Origin: Candidatus Bathyarchaeota archaeon
GTDB lineage: Archaea; Thermoproteota; Bathyarchaeia; Bathyarchaeales; Bathycorpusculaceae
Length of the DNA: 64,000 bases
Assembly (NCBI GenBank): GCA_963702095.1
Contig: OY969706.1
Location: 1,824,001-1,888,000, forward strand
Direction of reading: 5' to 3'
This document shows, piece after piece, positions 9,893-19,144 of the stretch. The notes under the pieces were generated by a model that saw only the letters and a program-made list of their open reading frames with translations, did not search any database and was not told the origin of the DNA. Numbering within the stretch: position 1 is the first letter of the stretch; each line of letters begins with the position of its first letter. The position numbers were made by a program, and so were the translations under genes.

Positions 9893-10483
9893 ATGATTGT
9901 GGGAATCAGCGGTAGTCCAAGAAAACAAGCCACAGAATACGTTCTCGAACAAGCCCTAAACATGCTAAAAGAGAAGGGCCATGAAACCAAGCTCTGGACA
10001 GTCCGCGGCAAATGGATGGAGTACTGCATCCACTGCGACTACTGCTTAACAAACAAGGTCTGCACCTTCCAAGATGACCTAGAAGAACTCTACGAAGCCC
10101 TCGCCAAATCCCAAGGCATCATCTTCGCAACCCCCGTCTACAACGGCGGAGTCAGCGCACAACTCAAAACCGTCATGGACCGAACCCGCTCACTGGCGGC
10201 TGCGGACATAAACTTTTTCAAAGGAAAAATCGGCATGGGCATAACTGTGGGAGGCGACCGAGCGGGCGGCCAAGAGTTGGCGATGCAGCAAATCCACACC
10301 TTCTACATCATCAACGGCATGATTCCAGTGGGCGGCGGACCCTTCGGCGCGAATTTAGGGGCAAACCTCTGGAGCAAAGACACGCTTGAAGGCTTAAAGG
10401 CGGATGAGGAAGGGTTTAGGAGTTTGAGGAAGACGGTTAAACGGTTTGCTGAGGCCATAGAGTTTTACCATTGTAAAAAGTAA
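9893..10483 (+). CDS. iron-sulfur flavoprotein (Isf / NADPH-dependent FMN reductase family)
   Basis: GISGSPRK, CxxCxxCxxxxxC (CIHCDYCLTNKVC), ATPVY, GGDRAGGQE. Confidence 0.9.
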   Translation: MIVGISGSPRKQATEYVLEQALNMLKEKGHETKLWTVRGKWMEYCIHCDYCLTNKVCTFQDDLEELYEALAKSQGIIFATPVYNGGVSAQLKTVMDRTRSLAAADINFFKGKIGMGITVGGDRAGGQELAMQQIHTFYIINGMIPVGGGPFGANLGANLWSKDTLEGLKADEEGFRSLRKTVKRFAEAIEFYHCKK

Positions 10484-10493
10484 GGTGAATTGT

Positions 10494-11078
10494 ATGGGTG
10501 AAGTCAAAGTCAAGAAGCTCAAGGTTGCCTGGGGCATAACGGGTGCAGGCGACAAAATAGAGGAAATCGTCGAAACCATGAAGACGCTCAAACAGCAGTC
10601 TGAAGGCAAAGTGGACTTCGACGTTTACATCTCCAAAAACGCTGACACCATGCTCAAGTTTTACCGCCTCAACGAAGAAGTCAAACGGAGCTTCCCAAAA
10701 GTTTCTGTTGAAGCCAACTCGAATTCGCCTTTTTTGGCGGGTATGGTGCAGAGCCAAAAATACGAGTTCCTCCTCATTATGCCTGCCTCGTCCAATACCG
10801 TGGCCAAAATCGTGAACAGCATAAGCGACACGTTGCTCACCAACGCTGCATTGATGGCTCTGAAGGCGTTTGTGGAGGTTTGGATTATGCCTGTGGATTT
10901 CAAAGAAAGCGTCATTTACACTAAGCTGCCAAACGGCAAAGAGATGAAGCTGCGGGTCCGCAAAGAAGAGGCGGCGCAGGTGCGGCGGCTGGAAACCACC
11001 GAGGATGTGCGTGTGTTTGAGAGCCCAAAAAAGGTGGCGGAGGCCTTCTCCGAGTGGCTAAAAACCACCGAACCCTGA
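10494..11078 (+). CDS. afpA: archaeoflavoprotein AfpA
   Basis: AWGITGAGD, NSPFLAG, PASSNTVAKI, DTLLTNA; co-oriented with isf. Confidence 0.85.
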   Translation: MGEVKVKKLKVAWGITGAGDKIEEIVETMKTLKQQSEGKVDFDVYISKNADTMLKFYRLNEEVKRSFPKVSVEANSNSPFLAGMVQSQKYEFLLIMPASSNTVAKIVNSISDTLLTNAALMALKAFVEVWIMPVDFKESVIYTKLPNGKEMKLRVRKEEAAQVRRLETTEDVRVFESPKKVAEAFSEWLKTTEP

Positions 11079-11156
11079 TTTGTGGTTGTATAGGGGCAAC
11101 AACAAACCCTTTTATTCTTCCGCGGAAACCCTCTTTTTTTAAAAGTGTACCTAAAA

Positions 11157-11282
11157 ATGGTTAGTTGTCCTAAATGCGGGAAAACCCTTACGAAACCGGA
11201 GCGGAAGATCGAAAACGCCAGCTTCTGCATTGAACGCTACAAATGTGACCGCTGCGGCTACACTTTTAAACGTTTTACTTAA
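11157..11282 (+). CDS. 41-aa zinc-ribbon microprotein (not in ORF track)
   Basis: Hand translation gives MVSCPKCGKTLTKPERKIENASFCIERYKCDRCGYTFKRFT*, with two CxxCG knuckles; TTTAAA box upstream. Confidence 0.75.
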   Translation: MVSCPKCGKTLTKPERKIENASFCIERYKCDRCGYTFKRFT

Positions 11283-11571
11283 GGTTGTAAACGATAACTT
11301 CGTCTGCGTTGTCTTTGACTGTGAGGTTACGTTTTTTAGCTATTTCTTTGAGGGCTGTTTTATCCGTTTCATGCATGTTGCCTCTTATGTGGACACGGTA
11401 GCCTACGGAGTCGCCGCCTTTGGGCTGTTCAAACGAGACCGCGTTTGGGGAGAGGTCGTTGCATTGAGTAAAAAGTTCTTTGAGGTAAGCGACTGCCTCC
11501 TGTCGGTCCATAGACATCTCCAATGTCATATCTTCTGTGTCAATATATATGGTTTTATGTGGCAGCTTCAA
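11275..11571 (-). CDS. hypothetical protein
   Basis: Globular-looking ORF; the true start may be a downstream ATG (MSMDRQ). Confidence 0.65.
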   Translation of the reverse strand: MKLPHKTIYIDTEDMTLEMSMDRQEAVAYLKELFTQCNDLSPNAVSFEQPKGGDSVGYRVHIRGNMHETDKTALKEIAKKRNLTVKDNADEVIVYNLK

Positions 11572-11932
11572 GTTAATCCATCAGCTTGATGCCTTCTTCT
11601 GCACATACGTTTTGCTTGATAAAAGGCAAAGTCAGCCCACCCCCCGTATTTTTAAGGAAAAATAAACATTTACCCTTCTTATTTTTACCCAAAACCGCCT
11701 TTTCCCTTCACAATTTGTTGCATCAACCTGTAACCAACAACGCTTTATATCACTAAATCGGGTTAGCTGTTGTATGGAATGCAAGGGATAGCCAACAAAG
11801 TTAGGCGGGTTAGCTGCTGCGAAAGGAGAAGGCTTGCCCACCTGCTACTTTTAAGCATCTGCTTTTGTAGCACAGGGCTTGGTCCGCTTAACTCAACCTT
11901 TTTCCCCTCCCTTAATACAGTAGACAAAACGA

Positions 11933-12060
11933 TCTGCTTGCGGTTTGCTCCACAACCAACAAACAACCCGCATCCGTTGCAGAACGCAAAACACAGCCAC
12001 CTACACAACCCCTAAGAAGATGAGTAGGGAGCGCTTTGCCGCCGAATGGACTATGCTAGT
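11933..12060 (+). repeat. dispersed repeat family 2, diverged copy
   Basis: TCTGCTTGCGG...CCACAACCA...CAACCC...AAGAAGATGAGTAGGGAGCG is collinear with the copies at 28070-28222 and 60061-60200. Confidence 0.65.
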
Positions 12061-12118
12061 GCCCGCCTGTATTGCGCTGACCGTTGCCGTTCACTGCTAC
12101 CCTAAGAAAACAAACTAT

Positions 12119-12295
12119 ACATGCTTTCGCACACATCCCGACCGTCCCTGCATGGAACCATGTATGGCGTGTGGAGAAAAATCCCTATCCCACACCGAAA
12201 CAGACGCAGAAAACCAATGCAATCCCAAAAAACAATCGCATTCAATTGCAGTCTTGTAACACCCCATAAAACACCACACCACATAAAGAGAAAAA
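12119..12295 (+). repeat. dispersed repeat family 1, full-length copy
   Basis: 12159-12295 matches 24102-24238 at 135 of 137 positions (aligned by eye). Confidence 0.95.
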
Positions 12296-12418
12296 AAGGC
12301 GCCCATTAGAACTGAGAGGGCTAGGCAGCAGAACCATCTCTTTTCGGCAAGCAAACGGTGAGTTTTCCCATACATTTTTAAAATAGCACAGGTTCCTTTT
12401 TAGTCGTTAACCATCAAC

Positions 12419-13693
12419 ATGTCAGGACTGGTTTGTTTGCAGGTTACATTTTTGGGCGGCGCAAGAGAAGTCGGAAGAATCGGAATCCTAGTTAAGTCAG
12501 CGAAGACGCAGGTAATCATCGACTACGGCGTGATGCTGGATAACGAACCGGGGTTTCCAATGCATGTGCCGCCAAAAGACGTGGACGCCCTCATCTTAAC
12601 CCACAGCCACCTCGACCATTCAGGCGCACTACCCATTTTCTACATCAACGACAAAAAACCCCTCTACACAAACAAACTCAACCTCGAACTCTCACAGCTC
12701 CTCATCCAAGACTTCATCCACCTATCCAGCTACTATTTGCCCTTTGAATATCTTGAACTCAAAACAATGGCGCGCAGCAACCGCCACCTTGAATTCGGTC
12801 AAACAGAACAACTAGGCGACATGAAAATCACCCTCTTCAACGCCGGCCACACACCGGGCAGCGCACAGATCCTCATCGAAGCCGACGGCAAACGCTTCCT
12901 CTACACCGGCGACTTCAACACCGAAGAAAGCAAACTCCTCGCAGGCGCCTCGATGGACTACGGCGACCTAGACTGCGTTGTCACGGAAAGCACTTACGCA
13001 AATGCCGACCACACTGAACGCGGCGAACTTGAGAGGCAGTTCGTTGACAGTTGCAACGCCGTCGTCGAAACAGGCGGAACCGTGTTGGTGCCCAGTTTCG
13101 GTGTGGGACGTGCGCAGGAGATGGCGTGTATCTTGGCGGCGAACCATTTTGAGCATCCCATGGTGCTTGACGGTATGGCAAGGGAAGCCAGCCGAATCAT
13201 AATGAACTACAGAGAATTCCTCAAAGACCCGAAGCTTTTCATGAACGCCATGCACAGCTGCGAATGGGTCGAAGGCTGGCGCGACCGACGCAAAGCACTC
13301 AAAAGCCCGGGCGTCATCATATCCACTGCTGGCATGCTCAAAGGCGGCCCCGCAGCGTTCTACATGTCTAAGCTGGGCAAAAAAGCCATAAACGCCGTCT
13401 ACTTAGTCAGCTACCAAATTCCCGGCACACCCGGACGCGAATTAATGGAGAAAGGAGTCTGCACCCTAGATGGTAAAGTCCGAAAAATCAAAGCCTCCTA
13501 CCACCACTTCGACTTCAGCAGCCACTGTGGCGCAAGCCAACTAAAAGAAGCCCTCGTCAAACTCGGTGGCAAACCCAAAGTGTGTGTTGTCCACGGCGCA
13601 GAAGGCAACTGCGAGTTGTTTGCGAATTGGGCACATACCGAGTTGGGGTTGGACGCTGTTGCTCCCCGCACTGGTGATTCTTTTCAAATCTAA
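12419..13693 (+). CDS. MBL-fold beta-CASP ribonuclease (no KH domains)
   Basis: GGAREVGR, THSHLDH, AGHTPG, YTGD, ESTY, FSSH and VHG motifs. Confidence 0.9.
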   Translation: MSGLVCLQVTFLGGAREVGRIGILVKSAKTQVIIDYGVMLDNEPGFPMHVPPKDVDALILTHSHLDHSGALPIFYINDKKPLYTNKLNLELSQLLIQDFIHLSSYYLPFEYLELKTMARSNRHLEFGQTEQLGDMKITLFNAGHTPGSAQILIEADGKRFLYTGDFNTEESKLLAGASMDYGDLDCVVTESTYANADHTERGELERQFVDSCNAVVETGGTVLVPSFGVGRAQEMACILAANHFEHPMVLDGMAREASRIIMNYREFLKDPKLFMNAMHSCEWVEGWRDRRKALKSPGVIISTAGMLKGGPAAFYMSKLGKKAINAVYLVSYQIPGTPGRELMEKGVCTLDGKVRKIKASYHHFDFSSHCGASQLKEALVKLGGKPKVCVVHGAEGNCELFANWAHTELGLDAVAPRTGDSFQI

Positions 13694-14256
13694 TGGAGTT
13701 AGCTATGAAAGTTGCTGTTTTAGGGATTGGGCAGATTGCGCCTGAATTGTTAGCTGCAGTACAGCATGGTTTAGTCCGCGTTCTGCCTGACACTGCGTGT
13801 TCTTTTTTCAGTGAAGCCTTTGCAATGCCTGAGCATGCTTACGACCGAAAACGCAGCCAATACATATCCACCTTGATCCTAGATGACTTAGACTCTTATG
13901 CCGAAGGGTTGCGGGGCTTCGACAGGGTACTGGGCGTTGTAAACGCGGATGTTTATGCTGCTGGGCTTAACTATGTGTTTGGGGAGGCTTATGCGCCTGG
14001 GCGGGCAGGGTTGATTTCTCTTTGGCGCCTGCACCCGGAATTCTACGGTGAAGCAGCAAATTCTAAGGTGCTTTCTGCCCGTATCGTCAAGGAAGCGGTG
14101 CATGAGGTTGGACATACCATAGGCTTGTCGCATTGTTCCCGTAACTACTGTGTAATGCATTTTTCTAACAGCATCTTTGAGGTAGATAAAAAACAAAGCT
14201 TATTCTGTGACCAATGCTATCTAAATGCTTCAACAGCAATACTTAACATGGGATAA
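13693..14256 (+). CDS. amzA: archaemetzincin Zn metalloprotease
   Basis: HEVGHTIGLSHC....CVM.FSNS..EVD.K...FC..C signature. Confidence 0.92.
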   Translation: MELAMKVAVLGIGQIAPELLAAVQHGLVRVLPDTACSFFSEAFAMPEHAYDRKRSQYISTLILDDLDSYAEGLRGFDRVLGVVNADVYAAGLNYVFGEAYAPGRAGLISLWRLHPEFYGEAANSKVLSARIVKEAVHEVGHTIGLSHCSRNYCVMHFSNSIFEVDKKQSLFCDQCYLNASTAILNMG

Positions 14257-14261
14257 CCGCC

Positions 14262-15146
14262 ATGACAACGCCCCAGCCACCAACAGAGCAACCTCCAGCA
14301 AAACCTGAAACCGCAGAAGACAAATTCAAATTTCAAGTCATCTACCTGTTGCCCATACTGGCAAGCATACTTTTTGGTTTAGTCTGCGCTTGGGTACTCC
14401 TATCCCAACCAGCCTCAGTCATACCCGTCACGCCAATCCCTGAAAGCACCCCTGGCGCCCCATTCGGCAATGCACTGTACTTTGTGGTTTTAATCGCCAT
14501 AAGCGCCACTATGTTCTACATATTGCTCAAGCGCCGCAATAAACGCATCATCAAAGGCTTAATCATAGTCGCATTGACCACTGCGTCGATGCTGCTCTCG
14601 CTTGTGTACCTCTCCGCTTTAGCTTCATATGTGCCCCAAATTGGAGACTGGCTAATCATCATTCCAATATCCATCGTCATAACCATCCTCTTCGACTTAG
14701 CCATCTTCAAATTCGGCAGCGCCGCCAGAAACACCGCAGTCATCCTCATCGGAGGCGCCCTCGGCATATTCTTCGGCTGGGCCATTCCCCTGTGGAGTGC
14801 AATCGTGATTTTGGCGTTCCTCGCAGTCTACGATGTCATCGCCGTCTATAAGGGTCCAGTCGGAAAAATCGCTCAGACGGGGCTTGATGAACTGCAGGGG
14901 TTGAGTTTCAGCTTCAAAGACATTCAGATGGGACTCGGCGACCTTGTCTTCTACTCAATGCTTACTGGGGCCATGCTGTTCAACTTCGTGCCCAGTTTCT
15001 TCCCAGTTATTGCGGCAACAATCGGTATAATGGCTGGCTCGATTGTGACTTTCTTTATGCTGGAGAAAAAAGGCATCTTCCCCGGCTTACCCTTCCCTAT
15101 CCTGCTGGGCTTGGTTTTCGGGTTAGCAGTAGGCTTTCTACTGTAA
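14262..15146 (+). CDS. presenilin/SPP-family intramembrane aspartyl protease
   Basis: About 9 TM helices with AVYD, MGLGD and PGLP (PAL-like) motifs. Confidence 0.9.
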   Translation: MTTPQPPTEQPPAKPETAEDKFKFQVIYLLPILASILFGLVCAWVLLSQPASVIPVTPIPESTPGAPFGNALYFVVLIAISATMFYILLKRRNKRIIKGLIIVALTTASMLLSLVYLSALASYVPQIGDWLIIIPISIVITILFDLAIFKFGSAARNTAVILIGGALGIFFGWAIPLWSAIVILAFLAVYDVIAVYKGPVGKIAQTGLDELQGLSFSFKDIQMGLGDLVFYSMLTGAMLFNFVPSFFPVIAATIGIMAGSIVTFFMLEKKGIFPGLPFPILLGLVFGLAVGFLL

Positions 15147-15192
15147 ACGTTTAAACCGTCCCTTACCTAGAGAAATAGTGTGGTGTTTTTAG

Positions 15193-16035
15193 TTGGAGCA
15201 ATCAAAGGTAGCAATTGTTCATGGCGAACGTGGAGTAGAACCCGTTTTCGAAGCATTAGACCTCATTGATTACCGAACCGCTTTGGAGGGCTTCAAAAAA
15301 GTCCTCATCAAAGTCAACTTCATCACAACCATGACCTGGGACACAGGCGCAACAACCGACCCCATCGTCGTAGAAGCCCTAATCCAGCGGCTAAAACAGT
15401 TCCCAGTCGAAATCTACGTGGTTGAATCCGACGCCACAATGACCAATGCTGACAAAGCCTTCGCCGCCACAGGTATGGCAGAACTCTGTGACCGATATGG
15501 CGTAGAACACCTCAACCTCCGCTACGCCAAAGACAAAGTTAAACTTAAAATCCCCGATGGCGACGCATTAAAGAACATAACTGTGCCCCGCATTGTCACT
15601 GAATCCGCCATCGTATCTGCCGCCAAAATGAAAACTCACATGGCAACCAAGGTCACTTTGGGCATGAAGAACATGTTCGGCATGTTGCCTGACAAACTAA
15701 AAATGAAGTACCACGCTATGGGCATAAGCAAAGTCATCGTCGACATAAACACCGTTATAAAACCGCACCTGACAGTTATCGACGGTTTTGTAGCGATGGA
15801 GGGTCGTGGACCCACAGATGGTTCACCGCTTAAGATGGATTTGATTTTTGCAGGCAAGGACCCCGTCGCCACCGACGCCACCTGCGCAAGGGTCATGGGC
15901 ATTGACCCGCATGAAATCAGCCACATAAGAGGCGCCTACAAAAAGGGCCTGGGCAACATAGACGACATAGAAGTTGTAGGCTCAAAAATAGAAGACGTAA
16001 AAAGGGGCTTTCAGCAGGGCCACTTCAGGAGATAA
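15193..16035 (+). CDS. DUF362 family protein
   Basis: VLIKVN, GATT.P, K.KTH....TLGMKN.FG, EG.GPT.G and DPVA.D motifs. Confidence 0.85.
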   Translation: MEQSKVAIVHGERGVEPVFEALDLIDYRTALEGFKKVLIKVNFITTMTWDTGATTDPIVVEALIQRLKQFPVEIYVVESDATMTNADKAFAATGMAELCDRYGVEHLNLRYAKDKVKLKIPDGDALKNITVPRIVTESAIVSAAKMKTHMATKVTLGMKNMFGMLPDKLKMKYHAMGISKVIVDINTVIKPHLTVIDGFVAMEGRGPTDGSPLKMDLIFAGKDPVATDATCARVMGIDPHEISHIRGAYKKGLGNIDDIEVVGSKIEDVKRGFQQGHFRR

Positions 16036-16203
16036 GGGAAGACGAATAATCGGTGCCGCATCTCGGATGCATCTGTCCATAAAGCCCTTGTTTGTTGCGT
16101 CAATTTGTTGCCACATTGGTTTAATTGGGGCAGATTGCTTCTTGACATTTGTCAGCGAAGCCACATGAAGGGGCTTTTGCTCTACGCTTTTAGGTGAGAA
16201 AAA

Positions 16204-16596
16204 ATGGCGCATACAGACACAGATTCTGAGGAGATGCTCCTAAGCGGCTTATATAACCAGATGAGGAAGATTTTGGATTCTACGGGGCAGCCGGTTTTCA
16301 TCTACCTAGATGATGACCATAAAGTGTGTAATCAGCGGTTCGCAGATTTTTTAGGGTACAAGTCGCCGCAGGATTGGTCCAGAATCCCCGGTTTCATCGA
16401 AATATTCGTTGATGAACCAAGCCGAAACGCGTTTATGTCAGCGTATTGGAGCGCAGTGAATAACATGAACGCTTCAACGATACAGGTAACTTGGAAGAGA
16501 AGAGATAAAACCAAAGTAGAGTCAACGATGATTCTTTTACCTATGGCGTTTGAAGGACACATCATATCAGTTAATTTTATAATCAACTCAAAATAA
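16204..16596 (+). CDS. stand-alone PAS-domain protein
   Basis: ILDST.QPVFIYLDD....CNQRFADFLGY.S, followed by beta strands WKRRD...VES.M. Confidence 0.7.
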   Translation: MAHTDTDSEEMLLSGLYNQMRKILDSTGQPVFIYLDDDHKVCNQRFADFLGYKSPQDWSRIPGFIEIFVDEPSRNAFMSAYWSAVNNMNASTIQVTWKRRDKTKVESTMILLPMAFEGHIISVNFIINSK

Positions 16597-16773
16597 GGGT
16601 CGGCCACAACAGGGCAAGGTTTTCATGTTCCCAGGCGTCCAACGCGTAGTTTTATTGAAGTGGTTTTGTACCGTCTTTTGAGTACAGTCGAGGAACCGAA
16701 GAACCCTTCACGTAGTTGCTGACTTGTTTCTCCAAACATTTATTTTCCAATTACGCGCCTATACGTTAAAACA

Positions 16774-17241
16774 GTGAATCCCATGCAAACAAAAACTAAA
16801 CTACTCAGCATCCTCTTACTCTTCACCTTAGCAGCCATACCCCTCTTAGCAGTAAACGCGGAACCCACCATCTCCCTAAGCCTATACAAGGACAACGGCT
16901 ACGGCTGGGGCAACGACATGGCTGGGCAGTGGACGGTCAACACGCAGGTCTCAGCCGACGTCACATCCGTGGAATTCTATCTTGACCATCAACTCCAACA
17001 AAAAGACACCTCAGCACCCTTCAGCTGGCAATTCAACACAAACAACTACACCACGGGCGAACACACCATAAAAGCAGTAGCCTACGACAACCAAAGCAGC
17101 AGCCAAACCGCACAGATAACCCGCAACTTCGTCGAAGACAACACCAACACCATCCTTGTCACCATAATCGTTGCCGTCGCCGCTGTCTTTGCTGTTTTGG
17201 TAGGAGTTGCAGTATACAGGATTAAAAAATCAAAGAAGTAA
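16774..17241 (+). CDS. Ig-like (Big) domain membrane-anchored protein
   Basis: Signal peptide, VEFYLD......DTSAPFSW, G.HTIKAVAYD, then a C-terminal TM helix and basic tail. Confidence 0.8.
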   Translation: MNPMQTKTKLLSILLLFTLAAIPLLAVNAEPTISLSLYKDNGYGWGNDMAGQWTVNTQVSADVTSVEFYLDHQLQQKDTSAPFSWQFNTNNYTTGEHTIKAVAYDNQSSSQTAQITRNFVEDNTNTILVTIIVAVAAVFAVLVGVAVYRIKKSKK

Positions 17242-17246
17242 CTTCG

Positions 17247-17789
17247 CTACTTTTCCTGTTTTCTGTCATTGTTTTTAAGCAACGCTTTGGCTTTTTCAGT
17301 GTAGGGGTTATTGAACGCCTCGTTCTCCAACTTGTTGCCCTCAGAGAAGAAATCATCTATTCCCTTGCCCATGGCTTTGCCCCGTGCCGTATGCATATCC
17401 AACGCGAACTCTGGAATCGGCGGATACTTGCCCTGTTCCCTCTCAGCGGTGACCACGTTTAAGAGGTCGTCAGTGACTCTGCTTTTCTGGCTAAAACACA
17501 GACAAACCACCGCATCGGCAAGATAGAGGCTGGCGTTGTTTTCGCCCAGCTTAGATTTCTCAGCCAAGTAATTCTTCTGCAACACGTCAATGAGGGTGGG
17601 CATCTGGGGGTTTGCGGGGCCAACGTCTTCGGCGGCGACGACTTTTAAGCGGTTCCAAAGCATCGTCGGATTAAACTCTTCTAGTTCCACGGCGAAGTGG
17701 ACTGCCTCGTACTCCATGCCCCGCCTGATACACTTCTGCAATGCACTGAGCAACTCGTAGTGGTCAAAGCCATGCTTAGTATTAGCCAA
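17247..17789 (-). CDS. MgsA/RarA C-terminal-domain-like protein lacking the AAA+ module
   Basis: HY.LLSALQK.IRRG, LW.RL...AAEDVG.A.P, KS and IP.FALDMHT motifs. Confidence 0.75.
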   Translation of the reverse strand: MANTKHGFDHYELLSALQKCIRRGMEYEAVHFAVELEEFNPTMLWNRLKVVAAEDVGPANPQMPTLIDVLQKNYLAEKSKLGENNASLYLADAVVCLCFSQKSRVTDDLLNVVTAEREQGKYPPIPEFALDMHTARGKAMGKGIDDFFSEGNKLENEAFNNPYTEKAKALLKNNDRKQEK

Positions 17790-17872
17790 AGTCCTTCATC
17801 TTTAGGCTAAATTGAGTATTATTCACTAAAAAAGTTTCAGTCACTGCACCTGCCAAAACGTGCAATCTTGCT

Positions 17873-18136
17873 CTAAAGCTGAATCTGCTGCTTTTGGGGG
17901 CTCTTATGCAGTGAAGTTCGATGACCCTTCAGAAACGCCGCCAACTCGTGTCTCTTCCAAAGCACCATGGAAATGGTTGACGACGCAATCAGCAACAGGT
18001 AAAACGCTGTTGAGCCGAAGCCGAAAACTGCAGTGCCAAATAGCGCTGTGGCTAACACGTCATCGAGGGGGCTAACAATAAAGACTGCTAATGCGATAGC
18101 CAAAACTGAGTGTCTCTTAAGTTTGTTTGCTTTCAC
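17873..18136 (-). CDS. small membrane protein
   Basis: Hydrophobic ORF containing SPLDD. Confidence 0.55.
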   Translation of the reverse strand: MKANKLKRHSVLAIALAVFIVSPLDDVLATALFGTAVFGFGSTAFYLLLIASSTISMVLWKRHELAAFLKGHRTSLHKSPQKQQIQL

Positions 18137-18155
18137 CTGAATTCACCCCTTTCTT

Positions 18156-18593
18156 TTAAATGTGGCTAACATAGGCGAATGTGTTTTGGTCTGCCGTCTC
18201 CATAGCGTCTGCCGACTGGGACTTCTTGTAGAGCCTATAGAAGCCGCCAAGGTTGACGAAGCTGAGGCATCTTTTGCACTGGAATATCAACTCGTTGAGT
18301 TCGCCGTTTCTCTGAACGATGTCGCAGATGGTGTAGGTGGCTTCTGTGTGGTCGTCTGGAGAGATTCTCGCGCCACAGTTGGGGCATTGGAATGTGCCGT
18401 CTCTGTTGGTTTGGGATATGTCAATCTTGTAGGCTTTGATTTGCTGTGTTGTTTTTCGCTTCAATTTTGTTTCCTCGATTCTCTCCAAGTCAGCTACAAT
18501 ATAAAGGGATTTTTCAGAATTATACTCAAATATACCCCAAATTAAAACCAACAAAAGAGTCAACTTGCTACAAAACAAAGCCCTTGAATGCAA
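18156..18593 (-). CDS. zinc-ribbon hypothetical protein (true start probably near 18464)
   Basis: CPNCG...ISPDD...CKRC pair. Confidence 0.7.
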   Translation of the reverse strand: MHSRALFCSKLTLLLVLIWGIFEYNSEKSLYIVADLERIEETKLKRKTTQQIKAYKIDISQTNRDGTFQCPNCGARISPDDHTEATYTICDIVQRNGELNELIFQCKRCLSFVNLGGFYRLYKKSQSADAMETADQNTFAYVSHI

Positions 18594-18623
18594 TGAGGGT
18601 TCCCTATAGAAAAAAGATGGTGC

Positions 18624-18812
18624 CTAAGCTTCTGTTTTCGCCTTGGCCTTAAAATGCGGACAAGCTGTTTCTTCAGGGTTCACATTAGTGAAATGAGCTA
18701 TCTTGCATGCTCCATTATCAAAATTGGCGCATTCTTCATGCGTATGCTTGTAAAAATCCAGTTTTCGCCGCAGGGCATTTTTTAGACCTATTTTCTGCAC
18801 CTTCTGTATCAA
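18624..18812 (-). CDS. small Cys-rich hypothetical protein
   Basis: C.NF..G.C...........ACPHF. Confidence 0.5.
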   Translation of the reverse strand: MIQKVQKIGLKNALRRKLDFYKHTHEECANFDNGACKIAHFTNVNPEETACPHFKAKAKTEA

Positions 18813-19144
18813 TTTACTGAGTTCTACAGCAGATGAGATAATTATGTTTCGATGCCAAACAAGAGAAACGTACTTTGTCTTACTATTGTTTATAAACTTT
18901 AAAGCTTAGGTGGCTACTGCTCTATTAAGAAGGATGATGTCGCCGTCCCAGCCTTAGGGCAAAGTAATTTTTGATAACGAGTTTTCACTCTTTTACTTGA
19001 TATTTATGATGGGAATTTATATAAAAAAGCAAAATAAGTATTTTATGCGAACTTACAGTCACTACAGAATATCTCATTAAATCTTAAATTTATGCTTCAT
19101 CATTTGTTGACAGTGCGCACTTAGGGTTCTAACTCTTTAAAATT

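Noticed and set aside
11714-11736. Similarity to about 16091-16113 (TTTGTTGC.TCAA..TGT..CCA), a possible third repeat family
   Set aside because: About 18 of 23 matches in only two copies; too short to support.
11763-12375. Many overlapping 60-104 aa ORFs here and at 28048-28287, 28858-29349 and 59689-60151
   Set aside because: They coincide with the repeat families, whose strand bias suppresses stop codons. They are not called as genes.
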